A stretch of 64,000 bases of DNA from an uncultured Mycoplasma sp. (GCA_945947035.1 CAMEXD010000006.1:1574-65573), one strand, 5' to 3'. Positions 50,007 to 59,612 are shown, numbered from the stretch's first letter. Numbers and translations are program-made. Notes: a model not told the origin generated them from the sequence alone.

Positions 50007-52631
50007 ATGAAATACGTTTATAGTTTTAATGAAGGTAATAAAGATATGAGAAATACTCTTGGAGGAAAAGGAGCAAATCTTTGTGAAATGACTAATTTAG
50101 GTTTACCTGTTCCCAAAGGATTTATTGTTTCAACTGATGCATGTATAGATTATTATAATAATAATGGTGCAATTAGTGATGAAATAATAAATGAAATCTA
50201 TGAAAAGCTTGAAGAATTAGAAAAAACAACAGGTAAAACTTTAGGTGATTCTAAAAACCCACTTCTTTTATCAGTTAGAAGTGGAGCAAGAAGTAGTATG
50301 CCTGGAATGATGGATACTGTTTTAAATTTAGGAATGAATGATGAAGTATGTGACTTTTTTCCTAATAAAAGATTTTCTTATGACAGCTATAGAAGATTTA
50401 TTCAAATGTATGCTGATGTAGTTATGGGTTTTCCTAAAGAGTCTTTCGAAGGTTTATTTGATAAACTAAAACAAGAAAAAAACGTTAAATACGATACTGA
50501 TTTAACTGAAGAAGATTTAAAAGAAGTAATAACTAGATACAAAGAAGAATATCAAAGATTAGCAAAAACTAGCTTTCCAACTGATCCAAAAGAACAATTA
50601 ATATCTGCCATAAAAGCAGTATTTAAAAGTTGGAATAATGAAAGAGCAATAACTTATAGAAGACTAAATGACATTCCATCAAGTTGGGGAACTGCAGTAA
50701 ATGTTCAAGAAATGGTATTTGGAAATAAAAACAATAATAGTGCAACAGGTGTTGCTTTTACAAGAAATCCTGCAACAGGAGAAAAAGTATTATACGGAGA
50801 ATACCTTGTTAATGCTCAAGGAGAAGATGTCGTAGCAGGTATTCGTACACCTAAATCAATTATTAATTTAAAACAAGAATTTCCAGATTGCTATAATGAA
50901 TTTACTAAAATTGCAGATACTCTAGAAAAACATTATCATGATATGCAAGATATGGAATTTACAATTGAAGATAATAAACTTTATATCTTACAAACTAGAA
51001 ATGGTAAAAGAACAGGAACAGCTGCAGTTAAAATTGCTATGGATTTATTAAAAGAGAATATGATAGATGAAAAAGAAGCACTTTTAATGGTTGATGCTAA
51101 AACACTTGATCAATTGCTTCATAAAACTTTTAATAAAGAACTTTTAAAAAATGCTAAAAAAATAGCTGAAGGGCTTCCAGCTTCACCTGGATCTGCTTAT
51201 GGAAAAATTTGTTTTGATGCAAAACATATAAAAGATCTTGCAAGTAATAATGAAAAAAATCTTATTTTAGTAAGAGATGAAACTTCTCCTGAAGATATCG
51301 AAGGAATAAACATTGCAAGTGGTATTTTAACCCTTAGGGGAGGAACAACATCACATGCTGCAGTTGTTGCTCGTGGTATGGGAACTTGTTGTGTTTGTGG
51401 TTGTAGTTCTTTAAAAATTGATTATGAAAACAAAATTTTAGAGACAGATTCTGGTATTATTTTACATGAAGACGATTATATTTCACTTGATGGAACAACT
51501 GGTTATGTTTATTTAGGAAAAATAGAAGTAGAAGATCCCATAATTGAAGATGACTTTAAAAAGCTTTTAGATTTAACAGATAAATATAAAAGTATGGAAG
51601 TAAGAGCCAATTCTGAAACACTAAAAGATAGCAAAACTGCCCTTAGTTTTGGAGCATTAGGAATTGGTTTATGTAGAACAGAGCACATGTTCTTTGAAAA
51701 TGAACGTATTTTTAACTTTAGAAAAATGATACTTTCAAAAAACAAAGAAGAAAGATGTGATGCATTAAATAAAATTCTTCCTTATCAAATAGAAGATTTT
51801 TATAATTTATTTAAAGTAATGAATGAATTAAGCGTTAATATAAGACTTCTTGATCCACCACTTCATGAATTTTTACCAAAAAAAGAAGAAGAAAAAATTG
51901 AGTTAGCAAAAGCTTTAAATATAAGTTATGAAGATATAAATAATAGAATAAATAGTCTAAAAGAATTTAATCCAATGATGGGACATAGAGGTATAAGGCT
52001 TGGTGTTACTTATCCAGAAATTGTTGTTATGCAAACTAAAGCTATAATAGAAGCAGCAATTAAAGCAGCAAAAGAAAATATTGCTGTAGAACCAGAAATA
52101 ATGATACCTTTAGTATGTAATAAAAAAGAATTACAGTATGTTAAAACTGTTATAAAAGAAACTGCAGATAAAATCATCAAAGAAGAAAAAACAAATATCT
52201 CTTATAAAATTGGTACAATGATTGAAATACCAAGAGCAGCAATTATTTCAAAAGATATAGCAAGTGATGTAGAATTCTATTCATTTGGAACTAATGATTT
52301 AACTCAGATGACTTACGGTTTTTCAAGAGATGATGCCGAAAAGTTTTTACCTTCTTACTATCAAAAACAAATTTTTGAATTTGATCCATTTGTTAGAGTT
52401 GATGAAGAAGGAGTTGGAACTTTAATTAAAAATGCTATAAAAGATGCCAAAGAAGTAAATAAAGATATAAAAATAGGTGTTTGTGGTGAACATGCAGGAG
52501 ATCCAAAAAGCATTGAATTCTTTGCTAAAGTTGGAGTAGATTATGTTTCATGTAGTCCATATCGTGTTCCTATTGCAAGACTTGCTGTTGCACAAGCTGC
52601 AATTAAAGCGAGTGAAAAGGATAACAAATAG
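50007..52631 (+). CDS. ppdK: Pyruvate, phosphate dikinase
   Basis: GGKGANL, SMPGMMDTVLN, GGTTSHAAVVAR, GLCRTEHMF, GVCGEH. Confidence 0.97.
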   Translation: MKYVYSFNEGNKDMRNTLGGKGANLCEMTNLGLPVPKGFIVSTDACIDYYNNNGAISDEIINEIYEKLEELEKTTGKTLGDSKNPLLLSVRSGARSSMPGMMDTVLNLGMNDEVCDFFPNKRFSYDSYRRFIQMYADVVMGFPKESFEGLFDKLKQEKNVKYDTDLTEEDLKEVITRYKEEYQRLAKTSFPTDPKEQLISAIKAVFKSWNNERAITYRRLNDIPSSWGTAVNVQEMVFGNKNNNSATGVAFTRNPATGEKVLYGEYLVNAQGEDVVAGIRTPKSIINLKQEFPDCYNEFTKIADTLEKHYHDMQDMEFTIEDNKLYILQTRNGKRTGTAAVKIAMDLLKENMIDEKEALLMVDAKTLDQLLHKTFNKELLKNAKKIAEGLPASPGSAYGKICFDAKHIKDLASNNEKNLILVRDETSPEDIEGINIASGILTLRGGTTSHAAVVARGMGTCCVCGCSSLKIDYENKILETDSGIILHEDDYISLDGTTGYVYLGKIEVEDPIIEDDFKKLLDLTDKYKSMEVRANSETLKDSKTALSFGALGIGLCRTEHMFFENERIFNFRKMILSKNKEERCDALNKILPYQIEDFYNLFKVMNELSVNIRLLDPPLHEFLPKKEEEKIELAKALNISYEDINNRINSLKEFNPMMGHRGIRLGVTYPEIVVMQTKAIIEAAIKAAKENIAVEPEIMIPLVCNKKELQYVKTVIKETADKIIKEEKTNISYKIGTMIEIPRAAIISKDIASDVEFYSFGTNDLTQMTYGFSRDDAEKFLPSYYQKQIFEFDPFVRVDEEGVGTLIKNAIKDAKEVNKDIKIGVCGEHAGDPKSIEFFAKVGVDYVSCSPYRVPIARLAVAQAAIKASEKDNK

Positions 52632-52896
52632 TTCGCATTATCATACCTGCTTAAGTCTTATAAATAAAGGTTTTAAGAAAATATTAATAAATTAAAACAA
52701 TCTATAAAAATAGGTAAATTTGCTAAAATTAGACTGAAATTTTAAAAATTTTGGTCTTTTTTTGATAAAAATAGCGCTTTTTGTGGCAAAGATTTAGTAC
52801 TTGAAAAATGGTATAAAATTAAATTAAAATAACCATATATTTAATTTTTATGATAATATATAATTAGCCAAAAAAGTCTTGGATTGGAGGTTAATT

Positions 52897-53886
52897 ATGG
52901 ACAATAAAAATTTAATGCTAAGACCAATGATGTTAATATCTGATATGGTTCTATATATGAAAAGTAAAAATATTAAATTTAAAAAATGTTCAGAGAAAGA
53001 TGCTGAAATATATTTGAGAGAAAACAATAATTATTATAATGTAACATCTTATAAAAATAATTTTATTAAATATCAATGTGGTGAACAACAAGGAAAGTAT
53101 ATAGATTTAGATTTTGCATATTTAAAAGATTTATCCATTATAGATTATAGGACCAGATTAGTATTATTTAAAATGATAATTAATATAGAACATTATTTAA
53201 AAATAAGAATATTAAATACTATAGAAGATATAATTGATGAAGATGGTTACAAAATAGTTAATCTATATTTAGAAAAAGATTTTAATGACAAAGAGCGTCC
53301 TAAAAGAGTTCATGACAGTATTAGAAAAAAAGTTACAAATGAATATTATCAGAAAATATTTTCTAAATATGATCTAGACAAGGATAGCAAAATAGAAAAT
53401 ATACCCATTTGGGAATTTTTAGAAATTATAACATTTGGGGAATTAATTAATTTCTTTGACTTTTTTACAAGTTATTATAAATTAGACGATAATAAATATA
53501 TATTTATTTTAAGAGAAGTAAATAAACTTAGAAATGCAGTAGCACATAATTCTTGTGTTTTATCTGAATTAGATAAAAAGGATAATACACATAGGGTTGA
53601 TACATTAGTTATTAATTATTTAAAAGATTGTGTAATAGGAAAAGAAAATAGAAATACAAAACTTTCTAATTCAAGAATAAGACAAATTACCTATACTTTA
53701 TATATATTTAATATTATAGTAAGTAGTGATGGGGTAAAAAATAATGTTAAACATGATATTACAAAATTATTTTATGGAAGAATAATTTTAAATGGAAAGT
53801 ACTATAATAATAATGAACTATTGAAATCCATATATAATTATTTTGATAAAATTATCGAAAAAAATTATAAAGAAAATTTGGACTAA
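52897..53886 (+). CDS. Abi family (AbiD/AbiF) HEPN-domain protein
   Basis: NYYNVTSYK, Y.D...R..L...I..IE, WEFLEIITFGEL, LRNAVAHN (RxxxxH); lies in an AT-rich island. Confidence 0.85.
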   Translation: MDNKNLMLRPMMLISDMVLYMKSKNIKFKKCSEKDAEIYLRENNNYYNVTSYKNNFIKYQCGEQQGKYIDLDFAYLKDLSIIDYRTRLVLFKMIINIEHYLKIRILNTIEDIIDEDGYKIVNLYLEKDFNDKERPKRVHDSIRKKVTNEYYQKIFSKYDLDKDSKIENIPIWEFLEIITFGELINFFDFFTSYYKLDDNKYIFILREVNKLRNAVAHNSCVLSELDKKDNTHRVDTLVINYLKDCVIGKENRNTKLSNSRIRQITYTLYIFNIIVSSDGVKNNVKHDITKLFYGRIILNGKYYNNNELLKSIYNYFDKIIEKNYKENLD

Positions 53887-53890
53887 TAGT

Positions 53891-53919
53891 TTGACATAGA
53901 AAAATATTTATGATATATT
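53891..53919 (+). promoter_or_regulatory. SigA promoter immediately after the abi stop codon
   Basis: TTGACA-17-TATATT with extended TG. Confidence 0.8.
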
Positions 53920-53923
53920 ATCT

Positions 53924-53990
53924 ATGCAAGGAAAAAATGTTAAATCATTTTTGTAAGGGGTTTATTTTCGGATAGAGCCCTATTTTTTTA
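53924..53990 (+). ncRNA. Candidate ~65-nt Abi-associated sRNA (putative RNA antitoxin)
   Basis: Promoter, AAAAAUG/CAUUUUU hairpin, then a GGGG..UUCG..CCCU terminator with U tract; no ORF. Confidence 0.65.
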
Positions 53991-54170
53991 ATTAAAAATT
54001 TAATTTAATAAAAAGTATAAATGATATTTACTTAATGATAATTAAAGTTTAATAATATTATATTAAAAAAATGCCCTTCAAACATTACGATGGTACAAGC
54101 TACAATTAAAACTGAAATAATTGGATAATATTATTTTAATAAACTTAATATAATATAAATTTATAACTAT

Positions 54171-54199
54171 TTGATATTTTCATAAAAATATAATATATT
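54171..54199 (+). promoter_or_regulatory. SigA-like promoter for the repeat array
   Basis: TTGATA-17-TATATT. Confidence 0.6.
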
Positions 54200-54222
54200 T
54201 ATATAGCTACTTAAAAAGTGGT

Positions 54223-54328
54223 GAAAATGTTTTTCGCTTCTGGATGGTGCGAATAATAAATGATTCCAGGCGACAATGTTTTTCGCTTCCAGGTGGTGCG
54301 ACTAATAAATGATCCTGGTTGAAAATGT
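54223..54328 (+). ncRNA. 2.2 x 49-nt tandem pseudoknot repeats, CptI-like type III antitoxin RNA
   Basis: Units 54223-54271, 54272-54320, partial 54321-54328; 39/49 identical; stems UCGC/GCGA and CUGGA/UCCAG vs CCAGG/CCUGG. Confidence 0.8.
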
Positions 54329-54333
54329 AGAAT

Positions 54334-54360
54334 AACTTCATCATATGATGGAGTTTTTTT
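54334..54360 (+). terminator. Intrinsic terminator closing the repeat array
   Basis: aacttcatc-atat-gatggagtt followed by a T tract. Confidence 0.85.
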
Positions 54361-54531
54361 GTTTTATGATATATTATTTCTACATGTTTATATTATACAA
54401 GATATATTTATAAAACATTTAACAAATAAGAAAATTACCTCTGTTGTCTTTAATAAAAATAAAAAATATATTATAATATTAACAAGTCTTAAAAAATTTA
54501 AATCTTATTAAAAAGAGGTGACTTAATAACC

Positions 54532-56046
54532 GTGGCAAATAAATTTGTTCCATTATTGTTTGCAATTATTTTTACTTTTTGGACAGTTAGAGTATATTAT
54601 AAGTTATACGATAGTAAAACAAGAAGATATATTTTAATTATTGGCATCTTAATTATTTTTTGGATGCTAATTAGAATTATAAAAGGAGTTACAATTGATA
54701 TCAAGATAGAAAGAATATGTTGGTATTTATATTATTTACCACTTATATTTATTCCAAGTCTTTTTTATATTTGTTCTAATTCGTTATCAAATAAAATGAA
54801 TGAAAAAAGAAAAATACTGATATATATAGTTTCTTCAATATTATTAATATTAGTTTTAACTAATGATTTTCACCAATTTGTTTTTAAATTTAATCATGGA
54901 ATAAATTTTCATAATAATTATAATCATTATATTGGTTATTACTTAATTTTTATTTGGATATTTTATTTATTTGGTGGTGGCATGATAAGTTTAGCAATAA
55001 ATAGATTAAAAATTACGAAAGATTTAAAAGCATTTTTGCCTTTAATAGTTTTATTACTTGGTTTAATTTATAATTATCTTAATATTATGGATGTTCCATA
55101 TATTAGGCGAATGAACATGTCAATTGTTAATAGTGTTTTGATCTGTTTAGGAATTGAACTTGCTTTTTATTTAGAATTAATACCAAATAATAAAAAATAT
55201 ATTCAAAAGTTTTCCAATTCAAATTTGGATATGGTAATTGTATCACTAGATGGAAAAACAAAATATACTACTTGTTCATTTAAAACAATTCCAAGTTTTA
55301 TTTTAGATGATATTAAAAAAAATCAAGTAAAAAATACTTATAAAATGAAACATGTAGTTTATAATGTTAAGAAAAATAAAGATAATTATGTAATACTAAA
55401 AAAAGATTTAACCAATATTTATAAATTAGAGGATGAAATAAAAAGCCAAAAAAAGAAATTATTAAAACAACAAGAAAGCATGAAATTAGAAGAAAAAACA
55501 AAAAAGGAATTATATGAAATAAAAATAAGAAAAGAAACAATTAGTAGAGTTGAAAAAAAATTAAATGAAAAAAGATTAGAAGCTAAAAATATTGTAATGA
55601 AGAATGATGTTAAAAAAGAAGATTTAGAAAAAGTAAAAAGAATTATAGTATATAGCAAAAAGAAAAGCATGCTTATTATTTCTGAAATGAATAATGAAGT
55701 ATACAATGAAGAAAGTATAAAAATACTACTAAATGAACTAATAACTAGTATGCCAAGTTTAAATATAGAAGGTTTAGTAGTTGTAAAAAATAAAATGACT
55801 ATTAAAGGTAGTATTATGTCTTACTTATATGATATCGTCTATGAACTTATGGAAAATTCTAAAAGTAAAACTATAATGATTTTTGTATTTAGTAATAATA
55901 ATATAGTTAAATTAAAAGCAATTGTTGGTACAAGTGAAAAAATAAAAGATAATTTAAAATTAGATTCTAGTATTAAAATAAAAGAAAATGTTTATGATAC
56001 AGACACTGAACTAGAATTTACTATAAAGGATAGTGATAACTTATGA
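54532..56046 (+). CDS. 7TM sensor-kinase-like subunit lacking H-box and ATPase motifs
   Basis: Seven TM (CWYLYYLPLIFIP), PAS-like region and coiled coil; no His/N/G boxes recognisable. Confidence 0.7.
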   Translation: MANKFVPLLFAIIFTFWTVRVYYKLYDSKTRRYILIIGILIIFWMLIRIIKGVTIDIKIERICWYLYYLPLIFIPSLFYICSNSLSNKMNEKRKILIYIVSSILLILVLTNDFHQFVFKFNHGINFHNNYNHYIGYYLIFIWIFYLFGGGMISLAINRLKITKDLKAFLPLIVLLLGLIYNYLNIMDVPYIRRMNMSIVNSVLICLGIELAFYLELIPNNKKYIQKFSNSNLDMVIVSLDGKTKYTTCSFKTIPSFILDDIKKNQVKNTYKMKHVVYNVKKNKDNYVILKKDLTNIYKLEDEIKSQKKKLLKQQESMKLEEKTKKELYEIKIRKETISRVEKKLNEKRLEAKNIVMKNDVKKEDLEKVKRIIVYSKKKSMLIISEMNNEVYNEESIKILLNELITSMPSLNIEGLVVVKNKMTIKGSIMSYLYDIVYELMENSKSKTIMIFVFSNNNIVKLKAIVGTSEKIKDNLKLDSSIKIKENVYDTDTELEFTIKDSDNL

Positions 56047-57161
56047 GATTACTACTAATATTAACGATTGTAGCAACTATATTACAAGCTTTTAGAACAT
56101 CTATTTATTATCTAAGAAAAGATATATCTTATATAAAAAAAATAATAGAAATAGTAATTTTAATTTTGATGATAATATTAGACTATTTTAATTTAACAGA
56201 AAATATTTTAAAATTAACGTTTTATTTTGCTCTTATATTATCCTTTTATATTTTTGTTTCATTTATATATGAAAAGTTATTTAAAAATGATTATATATCA
56301 ATATTATCAGTAAAAAATGGAATTGATATGTCTGATACAGCAATAATGTTTTTGGATGATGATAACATAATATTAATGAATAACGTGATGAGTGATATTT
56401 TAAAAGAATTAAACATTCAAAAAGATTATATAAATAGCTTAATAAAAAAATGTACTGAAAATATTGATGATGATTATTTATTAAAGTGTAATAATAGGGT
56501 ATTTTTATTAAAAATATTTAATAATAAAGAAGTTTCATTGATTGATGTAACTAAGCTATATAAATTACAAGAACAAGAAAAATTACAAAATAAAAAAATA
56601 AAAGAAAATAACGAAAAAATATTAGATACAATAAATAATATAGAAAAAATAGAAAAAGCTAAAAGTTTATTAAAAATAAAAAATGAATATCATGATATAA
56701 TAGGTCATCGTCTTGCTTTGTTTTCAAAATACTTAGAAAATGACACTAAAGATATTAAAAGTATATTATTCTTATTAGATAGTATTTATGAGGATTTTAA
56801 TTCTAAATTATCTAGTACTTGGAAGTTGAAAAATTTAGTTAAGATGTATCAAGTAATTGGTATAAACATAATTATAAAAGGTGGACTTCCACAAGATGAA
56901 AAAGTTGCTAATATATTTTTTGAAATAATAAGAGAATCAATTACTAATGCTGTTATTCATGCAGATAGTAAAAATATTAAAGTAATAATAAAAAAGTACT
57001 TTGATAGAACTAATATGATTATAACAAATGATGGTAAAAAGCCAAATCATATTATTTATGAGAATGAAGGTATAAAAGGAATGAGAAGGAAACTAACTTT
57101 AATAAATGGAAGTTTAAATGTTTCTACTGAAAATGATTTTGTTTTAAAAATTGTTGTATAA
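56043..57161 (+). CDS. HisKA_3-type sensor histidine kinase
   Basis: EYHDIIGH H-box, RESITNAVIHA N-box, TNDG, GIKGMRRK; overlaps the upstream gene (ATGA-like coupling). Confidence 0.82.
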   Translation: MRLLLILTIVATILQAFRTSIYYLRKDISYIKKIIEIVILILMIILDYFNLTENILKLTFYFALILSFYIFVSFIYEKLFKNDYISILSVKNGIDMSDTAIMFLDDDNIILMNNVMSDILKELNIQKDYINSLIKKCTENIDDDYLLKCNNRVFLLKIFNNKEVSLIDVTKLYKLQEQEKLQNKKIKENNEKILDTINNIEKIEKAKSLLKIKNEYHDIIGHRLALFSKYLENDTKDIKSILFLLDSIYEDFNSKLSSTWKLKNLVKMYQVIGINIIIKGGLPQDEKVANIFFEIIRESITNAVIHADSKNIKVIIKKYFDRTNMIITNDGKKPNHIIYENEGIKGMRRKLTLINGSLNVSTENDFVLKIVV

Positions 57162-57187
57162 AAAAGAAAATCACTAAACTGATTTTC

Positions 57188-57820
57188 TTATTTTTTAATA
57201 TTTGGAATAATATATCCATTACTTACACAAAATATAGTAAGTTTAGATATACTGTCAAATCCCATTTTATTAAGAATATTAGTAATATAGTTTTTTAGTG
57301 TTCCAGAAGTAATGTTTAACTCTTTTGCGATATCCTCTCTATCCATGGCTTCACATAATAATTTTATTATTTTAATTTCTTTAGCTGAAAGATTTTTTAA
57401 TTTTTCATTTTCATCATTATAAATATAATTATCTGGAAATAAAGTATATCCATTAAGTATTTGATTAATACTTGTAAGAAGGGAATAACTATCAATATCT
57501 TTATAAATTAATCCGTCCAAATTATATTTTTTGGCATTATCCAAAAATGTTATTTCTGGTATTCCAGTAATAGCTAAAATTTTAACTTTTTTGCCATATT
57601 TTTCTTTTACTTCTTTGCCATAATCTATACCATTAGCACCATCTTTGGTAACAACATCTGTAAGAATTAAATCTGGAGTATATTTTTCGTATAAAGTCAT
57701 CATATCTTTAGCGCTAGTACAAGTACAGACTATGTCATAAAAATTAGATAGCATTTTTTGCATCATATTATTAAGAAGAGCTTGATCTTCAATAATCATA
57801 ATTTTTTTCTTTATAGGCAT
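57188..57820 (-). CDS. NarL/LuxR family response regulator
   Basis: IIEDQ, PDLILTDV, LSAKEIKII..GTLKNYITNILNKMG. Confidence 0.92.
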   Translation of the reverse strand: MPIKKKIMIIEDQALLNNMMQKMLSNFYDIVCTCTSAKDMMTLYEKYTPDLILTDVVTKDGANGIDYGKEVKEKYGKKVKILAITGIPEITFLDNAKKYNLDGLIYKDIDSYSLLTSINQILNGYTLFPDNYIYNDENEKLKNLSAKEIKIIKLLCEAMDREDIAKELNITSGTLKNYITNILNKMGFDSISKLTIFCVSNGYIIPNIKK

Positions 57821-57892
57821 AAAATCACCTCAAATTATAGTTATATTATATCATATTTTTTAAATTAAAGTTATTTTTTAATTAAGGAAACT

Positions 57893-57938
57893 ATGACTTT
57901 TGTCATATTTCTTTTAATAAAACTATGACTTTTTTCAT
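57893..57938. promoter_or_regulatory. Two ATGAC-N4-GTCAT operator-like palindromes 32 bp apart
   Basis: ATGACTTTTGTCAT at 57893-57906; ATGACTTTTTTCAT at 57925-57938. Confidence 0.65.
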
Positions 57939-57987
57939 CTATTATAGATTATAAAAATAATATATAATATTATCGGGAGGAGATATT

Positions 57988-59208
57988 ATGTCTAAAAAAG
58001 ACGAAAACAAAGAAGTTGATACTTCAAAAGAAAAAAATAAGAAAAAAATTATTCTAATAGTAGTTGGTGTTATACTATTTGCAATTATTCTATTCTTATT
58101 GTGGTTTTTTAACCGTAAATTTGATGTTACCTTTGATTTAAACAATGGTACTGAAAATGAAGTAGTACAAGTTAAATATAATAATGTACTAAATGAAAAA
58201 GACATCAAAACAAAAGAAGATCTAGGAGATTTATTTATTGCTTGGTATGAAGTAATTGATGTAAAAGATAATGAAGATGTCCTAGATGATGAAAAATTTG
58301 ATTTTACAACAAAAATAAAGAAGGATACTAAATTAAAAGCTGTTTATGAAAAACCTGTAGAAAAAATTACAATTACTTTTGATTCAAGAGGTGGTTCAAA
58401 AGTTAATAGTATAACTATTACTAAAGGAACAGAACTTAATTTACCAAGTAATCCTACTTATTCTGGATATAAGTTTGTTACTTGGGAAACAAAAGACGGA
58501 ACACCAGTATATAATAAAGCATTATTAAGCGAAGACATAACACTTTATGCAAAATGGGAAAAAATAGAAGTAAAGAAAGAAGAAACAATTAGTTTATCAG
58601 TTGATAATAAATTTATACATCGAAGAGGAACAAAAACTGTTGCTAAAGTAAAAGCAAATGTTCAAAATTCAAGTAATAGTAAAGTTACTTATTCTTTAAG
58701 TAGTACAGCTTGTGCTAAAATTAATAGTTCAACAGGTGTTATAACAGCAAAAACTGAATCAGAAATAGTAGGAGCAGATATCCAAATTTGTGAAGCAGGA
58801 GAAACCGTTACAGTAACTGGTAAACTTCCAAGTGGTAAAAGTGCAAGTGTAAAAGTGACTCTTGAAAAAGATTTATATGCACATTTTACAGGTTCTGAAA
58901 ATAATAATAGTTTTGTTGGATTAGCATCATCAAAAAATTTCTATCATGCTGCAGAACAAGAATTTAGTATTACTGCTAATCAAAGTGTTAGTTGGAATGC
59001 AAGATGCGTTGATGCTGTTGATTATGCTAGTAGAACATGTACATATATAGGAAAAACTAGTTCAACAGCAACAACATTTAAAGGTACTTTAGCTGCTAAT
59101 TATACTTCTAATAGTTCAACATCAACAGCTTCAGCAGATATTAAAGTAACTTTCACTACTGCAGCAGGACAATCATTAACTGCAACAATTAAACAACGTA
59201 TTAATTAA
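57988..59208 (+). CDS. N-terminally anchored surface protein with InlB B-repeats and an Ig-like domain
   Basis: TM; VTFDLNNG and ITFDSRGGS..P.NPTYSGYKFVTW...LYAKW repeats; Ser/Thr-rich C-terminus. Confidence 0.8.
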   Translation: MSKKDENKEVDTSKEKNKKKIILIVVGVILFAIILFLLWFFNRKFDVTFDLNNGTENEVVQVKYNNVLNEKDIKTKEDLGDLFIAWYEVIDVKDNEDVLDDEKFDFTTKIKKDTKLKAVYEKPVEKITITFDSRGGSKVNSITITKGTELNLPSNPTYSGYKFVTWETKDGTPVYNKALLSEDITLYAKWEKIEVKKEETISLSVDNKFIHRRGTKTVAKVKANVQNSSNSKVTYSLSSTACAKINSSTGVITAKTESEIVGADIQICEAGETVTVTGKLPSGKSASVKVTLEKDLYAHFTGSENNNSFVGLASSKNFYHAAEQEFSITANQSVSWNARCVDAVDYASRTCTYIGKTSSTATTFKGTLAANYTSNSSTSTASADIKVTFTTAAGQSLTATIKQRIN

Positions 59209-59354
59209 TAAAGAACAATTATTTTAAAAGTTACTAAATATTTATAAAGTCATATTTTTATTTCAAGAAATATGACTTTTTTTAGATAAAAAATAAAATA
59301 GTTTAATAGAGTTTTATTTTAATTTATGATAAAATTATATATGGAGGAAGTACT

Positions 59355-59612
59355 ATGATAGATAATTATTATTTATTTAAAAACTTACCAAGTATTGATT
59401 TACATGGTATGAATAGATATGAAGCTAAAGTAAAAATAGATTATTTTATTTTAGAAAATAAAAAATTAAATAATCATTTAATAGCTATTGTTCATGGTAA
59501 AGGATCAGGCGTTTTAAAAACTTGTGTTCAAAATATTTTAAAAGAAAATAAAAATGTTAAAGCATTTAAAATAAATATTTACAATGATGGAGAAACAATT
59601 GTAGAAATATAA
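59355..59612 (+). CDS. Smr/MutS2 C-terminal domain protein
   Basis: IDLHG, IVHGKGSGVLK, NDGETIV. Confidence 0.9.
   Translation: MIDNYYLFKNLPSIDLHGMNRYEAKVKIDYFILENKKLNNHLIAIVHGKGSGVLKTCVQNILKENKNVKAFKINIYNDGETIVEI

Noticed and set aside
52629-52660. agttcgcattat at the ppdK 3' end as a dif/att site
   Set aside because: It resembles a XerC half-site, but there is no XerD-like arm and I found no second copy at the island's other end
54060-54150. Minus-strand hydrophobic stretch (YYPIISVLIVACTIVMFEGHFF) as a pseudogene
   Set aside because: No start and too short to assign; may be an AT-rich artefact
54223-54328. Repeat array as a CRISPR array
   Set aside because: Units are contiguous with no unique spacers, differences are compensatory stem changes, and there are no cas genes
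54223-54328. Repeats as tandem fluoride riboswitches
   Set aside because: GAUGG and AAUGA words and the pseudoknot topology are similar, but the stem order and conserved nucleotides do not fit, and no crcB/eriC follows
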